A DNA stretch of 64,000 nucleotides from Kofleriaceae bacterium (lineage in GTDB: Bacteria; Myxococcota_A; Polyangia; Haliangiales; Haliangiaceae): positions 28,111 to 92,110 of the forward strand of contig JBKJLC010000016.1 of assembly GCA_046597055.1 (NCBI GenBank), given 5' to 3'. The position numbers and the translations under genes were made by a program. Of this stretch, positions 20,120-29,404 are shown piece after piece. Position 1 is the stretch's first letter. Each line of letters starts with the position of its first letter. Below the pieces are notes generated by a model that was given only the letters and a program-made list of their open reading frames with translations, made no database searches and was not told the origin of the DNA.

Positions 20120-21447
20120 AGCGCGCCGTCGCGGGTCGAGCCGGCCCACAGGCCGTCGAGCGCGATCGCCAGCGGCGCCGAGCAGAACGGATCGACGCGG
20201 CCGAACGGATCGCCGGGCGGAGCGTCCGCGATCCGGACAAACTGGTCGTCGCGACTGGCGCGCCACAGGCCGGTGCTGGTGAGCAGCCAGCGGACCTCGC
20301 CGGCGATCGCGAGATCGTGCGGCTCGCCGGCACCGGCCGGCAGCGCGACCCGCTCGAAGCGCAGGCCGCGACCGCCGCCGGTGGTGGCGCGCGCCGGCTC
20401 GGACCGGAACACCGCGCCGGCCCCGCCGCGCGGCCGACCGGCCAGCCAGTACAGCCGATCGCCCGCGACCGCGAACCGCCGGGTCAGCCAGCCGCCCTCG
20501 TCGGTGACCCGGGCCAGCACCGGCGGTGGCGTCGCCGGATCGCGCGGATCGCCGGTGAGCACGATCAGGTCCCAGCGCACGCGTCGCTCGTTGTTCTGCA
20601 GCCCGCCGTAGAGGCGGCCTCCGAAGCGCACCAGCGAGGTCGCGCGCACGACCCCGACCGGATGGCCGGCGCCCGGGAAACACGCGGGCGCCAGCTCGCG
20701 ATCGTCGCGGCCCCCGACGAACAGGCCGGCCGGATAGCGCGTGCCGCCGCGCTGCTCGAGGTCGACCGAGCCGCCGCTGACGACGATCGCCCCGAGGTAG
20801 TCGATCACGTCGAAGGTGTGGAACGCCCACGGCACCACCCGGGTCCCGGCCGGCGGGCGTTGATCGGCCGCCAGCGGTCCGAACCGACCGCCCGGCTCCG
20901 ACACGAACACGTAGTCCTCGAACCCGGCCGCCGACAGCCCGAAGCCGCCGAACTCGGGCGCGTCGGCGTCGGTCGCCCACAGCCGACCGTCGATCACCGC
21001 CAGCCGCGCGATGCCCTGGCCACCGACCTCGTGCGTGACCCGCGGCGCGCCGCCGCGATCCCAGTCGAGCACCACGGCCCAGCCGAGGGTCGCCGGATCC
21101 CACAGCGCGATCTGCGCACCGTCGAGCTCGATCGGCGCGGCCGCGGTGGTCGCCGCGATGGTACCGGCGATCTCGACCACGTCGCACACCAGCGGGTGCG
21201 CGCCCGGCGGTGGCGGGATCCGCTCGAAGCGCGCGGTCGGCGCGGTCGCCAGCGCGGCCAGGCCGGCCCCGGACGTGCCATGCCGATCGTCGCCGTCGGA
21301 GACCCCGGCTGGCGCCGACGGCAGCGCGAGCTCGGCCAGCAGCGGCGGCAGCGCCGGGCCGCGCGTCGGTCGCGCCGGTGCCGGCGGTGGATCGTGGCGC
21401 GCGCAGCTGGCGGCGCTCGCCAGCACGGCGATCAGGGCAGCGCGCAC
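20101..21447 (-). CDS. Hypothetical exported/lipoprotein, possibly beta-propeller
   Basis: GTG start; signal-like VRAALIAVLASAASC; Pro-rich linker; repeated G-x-L-W/Y strand motifs; overlaps the rhomboid gene end by 16 nt. Confidence 0.65.
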   Translation of the reverse strand: MRAALIAVLASAASCARHDPPPAPARPTRGPALPPLLAELALPSAPAGVSDGDDRHGTSGAGLAALATAPTARFERIPPPPGAHPLVCDVVEIAGTIAATTAAAPIELDGAQIALWDPATLGWAVVLDWDRGGAPRVTHEVGGQGIARLAVIDGRLWATDADAPEFGGFGLSAAGFEDYVFVSEPGGRFGPLAADQRPPAGTRVVPWAFHTFDVIDYLGAIVVSGGSVDLEQRGGTRYPAGLFVGGRDDRELAPACFPGAGHPVGVVRATSLVRFGGRLYGGLQNNERRVRWDLIVLTGDPRDPATPPPVLARVTDEGGWLTRRFAVAGDRLYWLAGRPRGGAGAVFRSEPARATTGGGRGLRFERVALPAGAGEPHDLAIAGEVRWLLTSTGLWRASRDDQFVRIADAPPGDPFGRVDPFCSAPLAIALDGLWAGSTRDGALYRVVP

Positions 21448-23102
21448 AGCTCGTCGCGTACGCCCTTCGGCAGCACGGTCGGCACCGGCGAGCCGCACGC
21501 CGGCTTGACCGTCTCGCGCGCCTCGTCCGCGCGGCCCTGGTCGGCGTGGATCGCGGCCAACCACTCGTGCATCTCGATGGCCAGCGCGGGGTTCTCGAGC
21601 CGGCGCAGCGCCGCGGGCTCGGCCAGCCCGGCCTCCAGGTGGGCCCGGGCCTCGTCGAGCGCCTGGGCTCGGAGCCCGCCGAGCGCCGCGAGGTAGCGCA
21701 CGCGCGGGTCGCGTGGATACCGCCCGACCAGCGTGACCAGCCGCTCGCGGGGGACGTCGTTGGCCAGGTTCGCCTGGATGGTCTCGATCGGCGCGAGCTG
21801 CCGGTCGACCGCGAAGCCGGCGCGGACCTCGCTCCACCCGCTGGCGACGCCGACCGCGCCGATCACCAGCGGGATCGCACCGGCCGCGACCAGCCCGCGC
21901 GCGAGCCAGCGGCCGCGCGGGTCGACCGAGCGGCCCGGCCAGGTCACCAGCAGGAGGCCGCCGGCCACCGCGCCCACGAGCGCCCCACCGATGTGCGCCG
22001 CGACGTCGACCCGGCCGCCGCCGGCGGCGGTGGCGACCGGCAGCAGCGACGGCACCAGGATCTGCGCCAGCGACACCAGGATCGCGGTCCGGCCTTGCCC
22101 ACGCGGCAGCCGCAGCACGACGATCACCGCGGCCGCCAGCATGCCCATGATCGCGCCCGAGGCACCGACCGTGGTCAGGTTGGCCGGGTTGACCAGCATC
22201 GACGCGGCCGAACCACCGAGCGCGCCGATCACGAACAGCCCGAGCATCCAGGCCCGGCCGACCAGGCGCTCGAGCACCGAGCCGGCCATGAACAGCGCCA
22301 CCCCGTTGAACAGCAGGTGCAGCAGATCGCCGTGCAGGAACGCCGCGGTCATCGCGCGCCACACCTCGCCAGCCTCGACGCGGTGATGCTCGAGCCCTCC
22401 CAGGCCGATCAGCACGCTGAGCGGCGGCGACAGCGCGCCGGTGGTCGACGGCGACAGCAGCACCTCGAGCACGAACACCGCGAGCAAGGTGGCGAGCAGC
22501 GCCACGGTCGCGACCGGCCGCCGGCTGGCGATGACGGCACCGCGCTCGGCGCCCGGCGCATCGGGCCCACGCCGCGGGCCGGTGAAGATGCCGGTGACCC
22601 ACTTCTGCCGGCGCCTCAGCTCGGCGGCGACGATGGTCCCGAACAGCGCGCCGGTCGCGCTGTCGACGGCAAAGGCCGTGATCGAGACCGCCGCCTTGCC
22701 GCCGCGACGGAAGGTCAGCGCCTCGAGGCGCTCGCGATCGCCGGGGCCGGGCCGGCCCGCGCCGACCTCCCAGATCTCGACCGCGACCGGGATCCGCGAG
22801 CCGTACAGCGAGCCGCTGTGCACCAGGCACGCGGTCGCGACCGCCTCGACCTGGGCCGCCGACCGCGCGAACGTCCGTTCGGGCGCGGCGTCGCGGTCGA
22901 CGATGCACGCGATCGTCAGCGACAGCCCGTCGGCGGCGGTGAGGATGACGTCGCAGGCCGCGGCCAGCGGCTGCGCCTCGGGCAACGAGCCGGCCACGAA
23001 GCCGCGGTCGGCGATCAGGCAGCGGGCGAGGTAGCTCGCCGGCGCCTCGGCCGCGGGACCCGGCGGGACCGGAACGTCAGGCGCGCCACCGTCGAGGTCC
23101 AT
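21432..23102 (-). CDS. Rhomboid family intramembrane serine protease with N- and C-terminal soluble extensions
   Basis: GEVWRAMTAAFLHGDLLHLLFN, LERLVG, TVGASGAIMG (catalytic Ser), AAHIGGALVG (catalytic His). Confidence 0.9.
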   Translation of the reverse strand: MDLDGGAPDVPVPPGPAAEAPASYLARCLIADRGFVAGSLPEAQPLAAACDVILTAADGLSLTIACIVDRDAAPERTFARSAAQVEAVATACLVHSGSLYGSRIPVAVEIWEVGAGRPGPGDRERLEALTFRRGGKAAVSITAFAVDSATGALFGTIVAAELRRRQKWVTGIFTGPRRGPDAPGAERGAVIASRRPVATVALLATLLAVFVLEVLLSPSTTGALSPPLSVLIGLGGLEHHRVEAGEVWRAMTAAFLHGDLLHLLFNGVALFMAGSVLERLVGRAWMLGLFVIGALGGSAASMLVNPANLTTVGASGAIMGMLAAAVIVVLRLPRGQGRTAILVSLAQILVPSLLPVATAAGGGRVDVAAHIGGALVGAVAGGLLLVTWPGRSVDPRGRWLARGLVAAGAIPLVIGAVGVASGWSEVRAGFAVDRQLAPIETIQANLANDVPRERLVTLVGRYPRDPRVRYLAALGGLRAQALDEARAHLEAGLAEPAALRRLENPALAIEMHEWLAAIHADQGRADEARETVKPACGSPVPTVLPKGVRDELCALP

Positions 23103-23198
23103 GGCTCATGGCTAACACGAGCCCCGACCGAGCGCTGCTGTCACCGCGGGCCGGCCCGCCCGCCGGGCCGGCCGCACGGGCGTTCACCGCGCCTGCGG

Positions 23199-23636
23199 CT
23201 ACCCGCCGTGGACGACCAAGCTCACGCCACCGACGGCGATCACCAGGCCAGCCGCGCGCGACGCGGTCAGCACCTCGCCGCTCGCGGCGATGCCGACCAC
23301 CGCGAGCAGGACGACCAGCGCGACGCTCGAGATGGCCGAGGCCTGGCTGAGGGCCCAGCCCGAGCGGTACGCGAGGAAGTAGCCGGCCTCGATGCCGACC
23401 GCGGCGACCCCGAGCAGCCCGGCCGCGATCAGCGAGCTGCGATCGAGGCGGCCGAGGGTGGCGACGATCCCGCCGCCGCCGAGCCGCCACAGGACCGCGC
23501 TGGCGATGAACGCCACGCCGTACGCGAGGGTGAAGAAGGCCCAGGGCCCGGCCGCGCCGCTCTGGGTCTTCATCGCGACGTGATAGAGGAGGCCGCCAGC
23601 GACGGTGAGGACGAGAGGGAAGGCGTGCGCGAACAT
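23199..23636 (-). CDS. Small DMT/EamA-family membrane transporter
   Basis: About 5 hydrophobic helices, LYHVAMK, IEAGYFLAYRSGWALS; divergent from LysR. Confidence 0.7.
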   Translation of the reverse strand: MFAHAFPLVLTVAGGLLYHVAMKTQSGAAGPWAFFTLAYGVAFIASAVLWRLGGGGIVATLGRLDRSSLIAAGLLGVAAVGIEAGYFLAYRSGWALSQASAISSVALVVLLAVVGIAASGEVLTASRAAGLVIAVGGVSLVVHGG

Positions 23637-23663
23637 GGAGGCCACTCTAGGGACGTCGCCTCC

Positions 23664-23709
23664 ATGCGTCCATTGCATCGTTTGTATTCCCCCATGCGTT
23701 CAACGCATG
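23664..23709. promoter_or_regulatory. Paired LysR T-N11-A binding boxes
   Basis: Perfect palindrome CATGCGTT-C-AACGCATG at 23693-23709 and a degenerate copy ATGCGTCCATTGCAT at 23664-23678, between the divergent genes. Confidence 0.75.
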
Positions 23710-23728
23710 ACGGCGGTATCCTGCCCGG

Positions 23729-24604
23729 GTGGAACCGCTCTCCCAGGACCAGCTCGCCGCGCTCGCCGCGGTCGCCCGCACCGGCAGCTTCACGCGGGCG
23801 GCCGCCGAGCTGCACCTGAGCCAGCCGGCGCTGTCGCGGCGGGTCGCCAACCTCGAGGAGCGGCTGGGCGCGACCCTGCTGGTGCGGGGCCCGCGGGTGA
23901 CGGTCACCGACGCCGGCCGCCGCGTGCTCGCGTTCGTGCACGCGCAGCGCGCGATCGAGGACGAGCTGCTGGGCGAGCTGCGGCCCGGCCGGGACGAGCT
24001 GCGCGGGCTCATCCGCATCGCCGGCACCTCGTCGATCGTGCCGGCGGTGGTGCTGCCGTCGCTGGCGCCGCTGGTGCGCGCGCACCCGGCGGTGCAGATC
24101 GAGGTGCAGAACCTCGAGGTCGACGAGCTGGCGGCCGCCCTCGCCCAGGGTGCGGCCGACTTCGCGGTCACCGATCAGGCGCCCGAGCGGGCCGGCCTGG
24201 CCAGCGTCGCGTGTGGCCACGAGGAGTTCGTGGTCATCGAGGGCACCATCGCCGGCGGCCGGCGTGACGTGTTCCTCGACTCGAGCCCGTCCGACCGCAC
24301 CACCGACTGGTTCTTCGCGGCGCAGCCGGCCCGCAGCCGGCTCCGGCGCTGGCGCCGCTCGTTCTTCCACGACGAGGCCGGCATCCTGCTCGGCGTCGAG
24401 CTCGGCCTCGGACGCGCGGTCAAGCCGCGCCACACCATCCCGCCCGGCTCACCGGTGCGCATCGACCCGAGCTTCACGCCGGTGCGCAAGCCGATCTACC
24501 TGCAGCACCGCGCGCAGCGGGTCTACTCGCGCCTGCACAAGATCGTTGCCGAGCGCCTCGAGCAGTCGGTGCGTGCGGCGCTGACCCCGCCGCGCCGGCG
24601 CTGA
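23729..24604 (+). CDS. LysR family transcriptional regulator
   Basis: GSFTRAAAELHLSQPALSRRVANLEERLGATLLVR..VTDAG. Confidence 0.93.
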   Translation: MEPLSQDQLAALAAVARTGSFTRAAAELHLSQPALSRRVANLEERLGATLLVRGPRVTVTDAGRRVLAFVHAQRAIEDELLGELRPGRDELRGLIRIAGTSSIVPAVVLPSLAPLVRAHPAVQIEVQNLEVDELAAALAQGAADFAVTDQAPERAGLASVACGHEEFVVIEGTIAGGRRDVFLDSSPSDRTTDWFFAAQPARSRLRRWRRSFFHDEAGILLGVELGLGRAVKPRHTIPPGSPVRIDPSFTPVRKPIYLQHRAQRVYSRLHKIVAERLEQSVRAALTPPRRR

Positions 24605-24629
24605 CCCGCCGCCCCCTGCCGTGCGTCGG

Positions 24630-25430
24630 TCAGGTGAGGTTGGGCAGGACTCGGCAGTCATTGCCCTCCGCGCACAACCGGAGCTGGTACGTGGTCCCCG
24701 GCTGGTGCCGGCCAAGCTGGTCGAAGCGATCGGTGTCGATCACGCGGTAGGGACGAACGCCCTGCTCGAGGCCTTCCGGGAAGATCAGGTCGAGCACGTT
24801 CGGCGGAGTCGCGCTGGCCGCGCGAGCGGCGGGCGATGCGGCGATGCCCATCCACGCGACACCGCGCAGGCTCGATTTGGACAGCTCGTCCGGATCGATC
24901 CGGCCATCGCCGTCGACGTCCGCCGCCACGACGACATACGCGAGCACCACGCGCGGCCCCGGCGGACACGCACAGGCGGGGTCGGTCAGGTCGTCGCAAG
25001 CGCGTTCGCACAGGTGCATGGCATCGGCGGTGGGCGCCACGATCTGCGCGAGGTCGATGTCCAGGCAGCGGGTCTCGCCGGCGGCGAGCGCCGCCAGCGG
25101 TTGGTCGAGGGCGAACACCGGGGGCGGGTCCGGATTGAGGTCATCCTCGAGCTGGAAGAACACCACGCCCAGGCGCGCGGCCGGGATCGCGGTGCCCTGC
25201 AAGCGCGCCGACACGCCCAGCGTGAAGCCGGTCGCCGACGGTGGACACGTGACCGGCGGCGACAGTTCGGGCGGCGCATCGGTCGGCGGCTCGGCCGGCG
25301 CATCGGTCGGCGGTGGCTCTCGGCCATCGGGGCCCGGCTCGACCGGCCCGTCGAGAGGCGTTGCGACGGGAGCGTCGCCGCAGGCGGCGAGGACGAGAGC
25401 GAGACCCAGGACGAGACGAGGCGAGCGCAT
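24630..25430 (-). CDS. Hypothetical Cys-rich lipoprotein
   Basis: Lipobox MRSPRLVLGLALVLAAC, Pro-rich linker, CERACDDLTDPACAC, DVDGDGRID. Confidence 0.7.
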   Translation of the reverse strand: MRSPRLVLGLALVLAACGDAPVATPLDGPVEPGPDGREPPPTDAPAEPPTDAPPELSPPVTCPPSATGFTLGVSARLQGTAIPAARLGVVFFQLEDDLNPDPPPVFALDQPLAALAAGETRCLDIDLAQIVAPTADAMHLCERACDDLTDPACACPPGPRVVLAYVVVAADVDGDGRIDPDELSKSSLRGVAWMGIAASPAARAASATPPNVLDLIFPEGLEQGVRPYRVIDTDRFDQLGRHQPGTTYQLRLCAEGNDCRVLPNLT

Positions 25431-25501
25431 CCCGACACCATCGACCACCCGTCGCGGCGCGCCCGCGGCAACCCACGGTAAAGCCCGCGCATCGCCGGCG
25501 G

Positions 25502-25861
25502 TCAGCCGGCGATCGTGACCTTGCGCACGCCGCGCGCGGTCAAGAGCGGCTCGAGCCGGCGACGCAGATCGCCCTGCAGGACGATCGTGTCGCCCTCGAT
25601 CACGCCACCGCAGCCGAGCGCGGTCTTGAGGTCCTTGCACCAGGTCTCGAGCTGCGCCGGTGGCAGCTCGAGCTTCTCGACGATGGTGGTCTCCTTGCCG
25701 GCGCGACCCTTGCGCTCGAGCCGCACCACCGCACGCGCAGGGACCACCGGGGGCGGCGGCGCCTTCACCGGCGGCGGCACCGGCGCCGGGCCCGGCGGCA
25801 AGGTCGGCCGCAGCTCGGTGAGCACCGTCCACGGGTTGCCGGGTGGACTCTTCTTGCCCAT
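25502..25861 (-). CDS. yciH: Translation initiation factor SUI1/YciH
   Basis: NPW, ERKGRAGKETT, LKTALGCGG, IVLQGD. Confidence 0.88.
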   Translation of the reverse strand: MGKKSPPGNPWTVLTELRPTLPPGPAPVPPPVKAPPPPVVPARAVVRLERKGRAGKETTIVEKLELPPAQLETWCKDLKTALGCGGVIEGDTIVLQGDLRRRLEPLLTARGVRKVTIAG

Positions 25862-25926
25862 GGCCCGCCAGCCTACTGCGGCGCGGCGCGCCGGTTCAAC
25901 CGTGCCGAACGGGGCCGAACGGACCG

Positions 25927-25963
25927 AAAAGAGGAACGGCGCCTCTCGGAGAGAGAGGCGCCG
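25927..25963 (-). terminator. Intrinsic terminator downstream of tRNA-His
   Basis: 11-bp stem CGGCGCCTCTC/GAGAGGCGCCG at 25937-25963, followed on the minus strand by TTCCTCTTTT. Confidence 0.7.
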
Positions 25964-25970
25964 CGCGGAG

Positions 25971-26044
25971 GGTGGATGATGGGAATCGAACCCACGACAC
26001 CCAGGACCACAACCTGGTGCTCTACCAATTGAGCTACATCCACC
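25971..26044 (-). tRNA. tRNA-His(GTG) with encoded G-1
   Basis: Minus strand reads GGTGGATGTAGCTCAATTGGTAGAGCACCAGG-TT GTG GT-CCTGGGTGTCGTGGGTTCGATTCCCATCATCCACC. Confidence 0.95.
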
Positions 26045-26091
26045 GCGTGGCCCGGAGATCTAGCCGAAATCTCGCAGGCCGTCCAGCCCTT

Positions 26092-26113
26092 TGGCCTCAC
26101 GGCCGTGAGGCCA
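26092..26113. terminator. Perfect 22-bp palindrome just after the HEAT lipoprotein stop codon
   Basis: TGGCCTCACGGCCGTGAGGCCA; no U-tract, so terminator function is uncertain. Confidence 0.45.
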
Positions 26114-26120
26114 CCCGAGA

Positions 26121-28202
26121 TTATGGCGCTTCGGGCGCCGGCTCGGCATCGCCAGCGAAGTAGCTGCGCAGGACCTGGGTCTCGAAGTTCAGATCGCCCA
26201 GGGTGGTCTTGCCCTCGCCCGCCTTGATGGCGGCGTCGAGCTTGGCCCCGCACTCCTTGCATGACTTGCCCGCGACCTTGGGCAGCGTCAGCAAGATGCT
26301 CTGGCGGATGATGCGGTCGTCGCTCTTGACCGCCTCGAGCAGGATCGGGGTCGTGCTCTCCGCCTTGGGGCCCATCTTGCCGAGCTCGAGCATGGCGCGC
26401 TCGATCTGGGCCGCGAGGACCTCCTTCTTCTCTTCCTCGGTGTACTTCTCGACCGCGATCGACGCGTTGAGCTTCTTCAGCCGCGGGCTGACCGCCGCCC
26501 ACTGGTCTTCCCACTTCTTGCTGGGGTCGACCGTCGCCGCGTAGCACGCCGCGTCAGCCTTGCAGTGGTCCGCGATCTCGATGCGGGCGGCGTGAGCCTC
26601 GAACAGCCGCTGGAAGCCACGGTAGGCCTGCGCCTTGTCGTCGAGCGCCTTCCAGGTCGCCTTGGCCTTGGTGAACGGGTCCTTGACCTTGTCGAACGCG
26701 ACCTTGGCCTCGGTGGTCTTGCCGATGTCCTCGACCTTGGCCTTGCGCTCGCCGCCGGCGCGCGACACCACGGCCTTGGCCTGATCGAGCGCCTCCTTCG
26801 CGGCGTCGTAGGTCGCCTTGGCCGCCTCGTACGCCTTCTTGGGCGGACCGTTGGCCTCGGCCTGCGCCTTGTCGCTGGCGTCCTTGTAGTCCTTGGCCAG
26901 CGTGATCAGCAGCTGCACCCGATCCTTGCTCGTGGCCAGGCGGCCGTAGGAGACCGAGGCCTCGAGCCGCAGCGACTGGTCGGCCTTGTTGTCGGCCGCG
27001 ATCTTGCCGAGCGCCTCGAGCGCGGTGCCCGCGCCGGCCTTCTCCGAGCCATCGCGCGACACGAACGAGAACACGTTGGCCGCCATCGGCTTCAGGTCCT
27101 CGTTCTTGCCGTTCGCCCAGATGTCGAGCACGGCCTGGGTCGCCAGGGGCGAGCCGATCTTGCGGAGCGAGTCGAGCACCGCATTCTGGCCGGCCGGACC
27201 GGGCGACGAGTCGACGTAGTACGCGGGCAGCGGCTCGCGCGCGAGCGCGGTGAGCAGCGGCGCCACCAGCGACGGGTCGTACAGATCGCCGGCGATGATC
27301 GCGGCGTAGTAGTCCATCGCCGAGACCTTCTGCCACTCGTTCTGCGGCAGCGGATCCTTGCCGAGGTCACCCTTGTAGGTGTCGTACCCGTTCTCGGTGA
27401 ACAGCGTGTTCACCCCGTCGTCGGTGTGCATCAGGATCTTGCCGATGCGGTCGCCGACCTCCTTCGAGCCCGACGCGACCAGGGCGCGGCGGATCTGCTT
27501 GAAGAAGAACGGCAGGCGGTACATCGCCTCGATCAGCACCGGGATCGCCTGCGAGCTCTTGATCTTGCCGAGGGCGATGATCGCGGCGCCCGGCATCTCC
27601 GGCTTGGTCGGATCGAAGTCCTCGCGGATGATGTTGGCCAGCACCGGCACCGCGCCGGGCTCGCCGAGCTCCCCGAGCGACAGGATCGCCTGGCCACGCA
27701 GCTGTCGGACCGTCGCGTTGTTGGCCGCGGCGACCAAGGCCTCGAGGGCGCCATCGACCTTGGACGCGCCCAGCGCCTGGGCGGCGAGGCGCGCGCTCTC
27801 GACCGAGCGCGGGTTGGCGCCGTCGACCTCGTCGATCGCCTTCTTCAGGATCGGGAGCGACTTGTCCCACGACGCTTCGCGCGCCTGGTACGCCCCGCCC
27901 TTGTAGTTCTTGTACTCGTCGGTCGCCTGCTTCTTGGTGAGCGGCTTCGACAGGTCGATGATCACGCGCAGGATGCGCTCGGGCCGCCCCTGCTTCTCCC
28001 AGGTCTTACCGAGCGCCGGGATCGCCGTGGGATCACCCAGGCGCTCGAGCTCGGTGACCGCGCGCTCGACTTCGTTGGCGTCGTCGAGCTTCTTGGTCCA
28101 GGTCTTGGAGTCGAACTGATCTTCGGGGCAACCAGGCAAGGCCAGCGTCGCCACCAGGGCGAAACACGACAGCCCGGCGAACTTTCGCCAGTTGAGCGTC
28201 AT
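26121..28202 (-). CDS. HEAT-repeat lipoprotein, last gene of the aglRQS-like operon
   Basis: Lipobox LALPGC; repeated A..ALG.L/I....A.P.L HEAT-PBS motifs; Lys/Ala coiled-coil insert; GAGGA RBS; starts 10 nt after aglS. Confidence 0.85.
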   Translation of the reverse strand: MTLNWRKFAGLSCFALVATLALPGCPEDQFDSKTWTKKLDDANEVERAVTELERLGDPTAIPALGKTWEKQGRPERILRVIIDLSKPLTKKQATDEYKNYKGGAYQAREASWDKSLPILKKAIDEVDGANPRSVESARLAAQALGASKVDGALEALVAAANNATVRQLRGQAILSLGELGEPGAVPVLANIIREDFDPTKPEMPGAAIIALGKIKSSQAIPVLIEAMYRLPFFFKQIRRALVASGSKEVGDRIGKILMHTDDGVNTLFTENGYDTYKGDLGKDPLPQNEWQKVSAMDYYAAIIAGDLYDPSLVAPLLTALAREPLPAYYVDSSPGPAGQNAVLDSLRKIGSPLATQAVLDIWANGKNEDLKPMAANVFSFVSRDGSEKAGAGTALEALGKIAADNKADQSLRLEASVSYGRLATSKDRVQLLITLAKDYKDASDKAQAEANGPPKKAYEAAKATYDAAKEALDQAKAVVSRAGGERKAKVEDIGKTTEAKVAFDKVKDPFTKAKATWKALDDKAQAYRGFQRLFEAHAARIEIADHCKADAACYAATVDPSKKWEDQWAAVSPRLKKLNASIAVEKYTEEEKKEVLAAQIERAMLELGKMGPKAESTTPILLEAVKSDDRIIRQSILLTLPKVAGKSCKECGAKLDAAIKAGEGKTTLGDLNFETQVLRSYFAGDAEPAPEAP

Positions 28203-28212
28203 GACGGGGTCC

Positions 28213-28815
28213 TCACTTGCCTCTGACGGCGAACAGGAGGTTGTCGAAGTCGGCGTGCTTCGCGGTGGTCACCACCATCGTGATGATCCGCGCGTCGACG
28301 TCCTTGTCAGCCTGCAAGATCGCGAGGCCCTCCGGGCAGAGGTTCTCGGGGTCGATGATGCCGGCCTTGAGATCGTCGCAGGCCTTCTTCGCGCGCTTGT
28401 CGCGCCCGAGGCTGATCTCCTCGCGGCGCTTCTTGCCGATCGCCTGCAGGCGCTCGTAGAGCCCCTCGATCTTCATGCTGGGGTTCTCGTTGCGCAGCAG
28501 GCTGTCGATGGTCGCGACCTGGGAGCCCTGGAACGAGATGTCGGTCTTCGTGATGATGATGATGGGCGCCTGCTGCAGGACGTCCTTCTGGCTCGCCTCC
28601 GGTAGCTCGAGCCCCTTCTGGGCCTGGAGCAGCTCACCCGAGGTGGAGAACACCATCAGGAGGAAGGTGACGAGGATCGTCATCGTGTCGACGAACGGCA
28701 CCAGGTTGAGCGCGACGTCGAGTTGCTGGGGACCGCCGCCGGTCGAGCCGCCCTTGCCGAGATGCTTGAAAGGAACCGATCTATAGAGGCGTGAGCCTCC
28801 CTTGTGGATGGGCAT
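28213..28815 (-). CDS. aglS: ExbD/TolR-family motor subunit, AglS-like
   Basis: LNLVPFVDTMTILVTFLLMVFSTSGE (TM Asp), LELPEA, ILQADK; second of two ExbD genes after a TolQ gene. Confidence 0.7.
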   Translation of the reverse strand: MPIHKGGSRLYRSVPFKHLGKGGSTGGGPQQLDVALNLVPFVDTMTILVTFLLMVFSTSGELLQAQKGLELPEASQKDVLQQAPIIIITKTDISFQGSQVATIDSLLRNENPSMKIEGLYERLQAIGKKRREEISLGRDKRAKKACDDLKAGIIDPENLCPEGLAILQADKDVDARIITMVVTTAKHADFDNLLFAVRGK

Positions 28816-28825
28816 GGGCTCTCCT

Positions 28826-29335
28826 TCAGAGCGTCGGCCGCCAGGCGAGGCTGGTCGGCTCGGAAAGCCCGACACCGGTGAAGCCGGCGCCGACCGCGAG
28901 GTCCATCGCATGGACCACGTCGTCGTATTTGACGGGTTTGGTGATCGTGCTCTCTGCCGCGATCTCGATGTCGTTACGCTCGGCGAACGCCTCTTCCTTC
29001 TTCAGGGCAACGAGGGCGTTGGTCAGCGTGGCCCAGTCGTAGGTGCCACCGGCATCCTTCTTGACGAGGACCGGATCCAGCTGGAGCCGCGACACCCCGA
29101 CGTAGATCACGTCGGACTCGATCAGCACGGAGATGGTCGGCAGCGGCTCCTCGATCTTGTCGACCGGCTGGTTCCGGTTCTTGCCCTTCGGCTGGATCGT
29201 GATCTGCGCGATGTTGACCCAGACGGCCGTGACGAGCAGGAATGCCGTGAGACAGCTCATCAAGTCGATGTAGGGGACGATGTTGAGCTCGACGTTGACG
29301 CTCCCCTTTTTGCCTAAATCTACAGACCCACCCAT
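28826..29335 (-). CDS. aglQ: ExbD/TolR-family motor subunit, AglQ-like
   Basis: ELNIVPYIDLMSCLTAFLLVTAVW (conserved TM Asp), VKYDDVVHAMD; GGAGG RBS. Confidence 0.72.
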   Translation of the reverse strand: MGGSVDLGKKGSVNVELNIVPYIDLMSCLTAFLLVTAVWVNIAQITIQPKGKNRNQPVDKIEEPLPTISVLIESDVIYVGVSRLQLDPVLVKKDAGGTYDWATLTNALVALKKEEAFAERNDIEIAAESTITKPVKYDDVVHAMDLAVGAGFTGVGLSEPTSLAWRPTL

Positions 29336-29404
29336 AGGTGCCTCCAGTCGAGGGACGTCACGCGGAGACGCGGCGTCCCGTGGTCAGGATGAATGGGGCG
29401 ACGA

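Noticed and set aside
19736..26044. Genomic island bounded by the tRNA genes
   Set aside because: No integrase, no duplicated tRNA 3' end (att) noticed, and no obvious compositional shift
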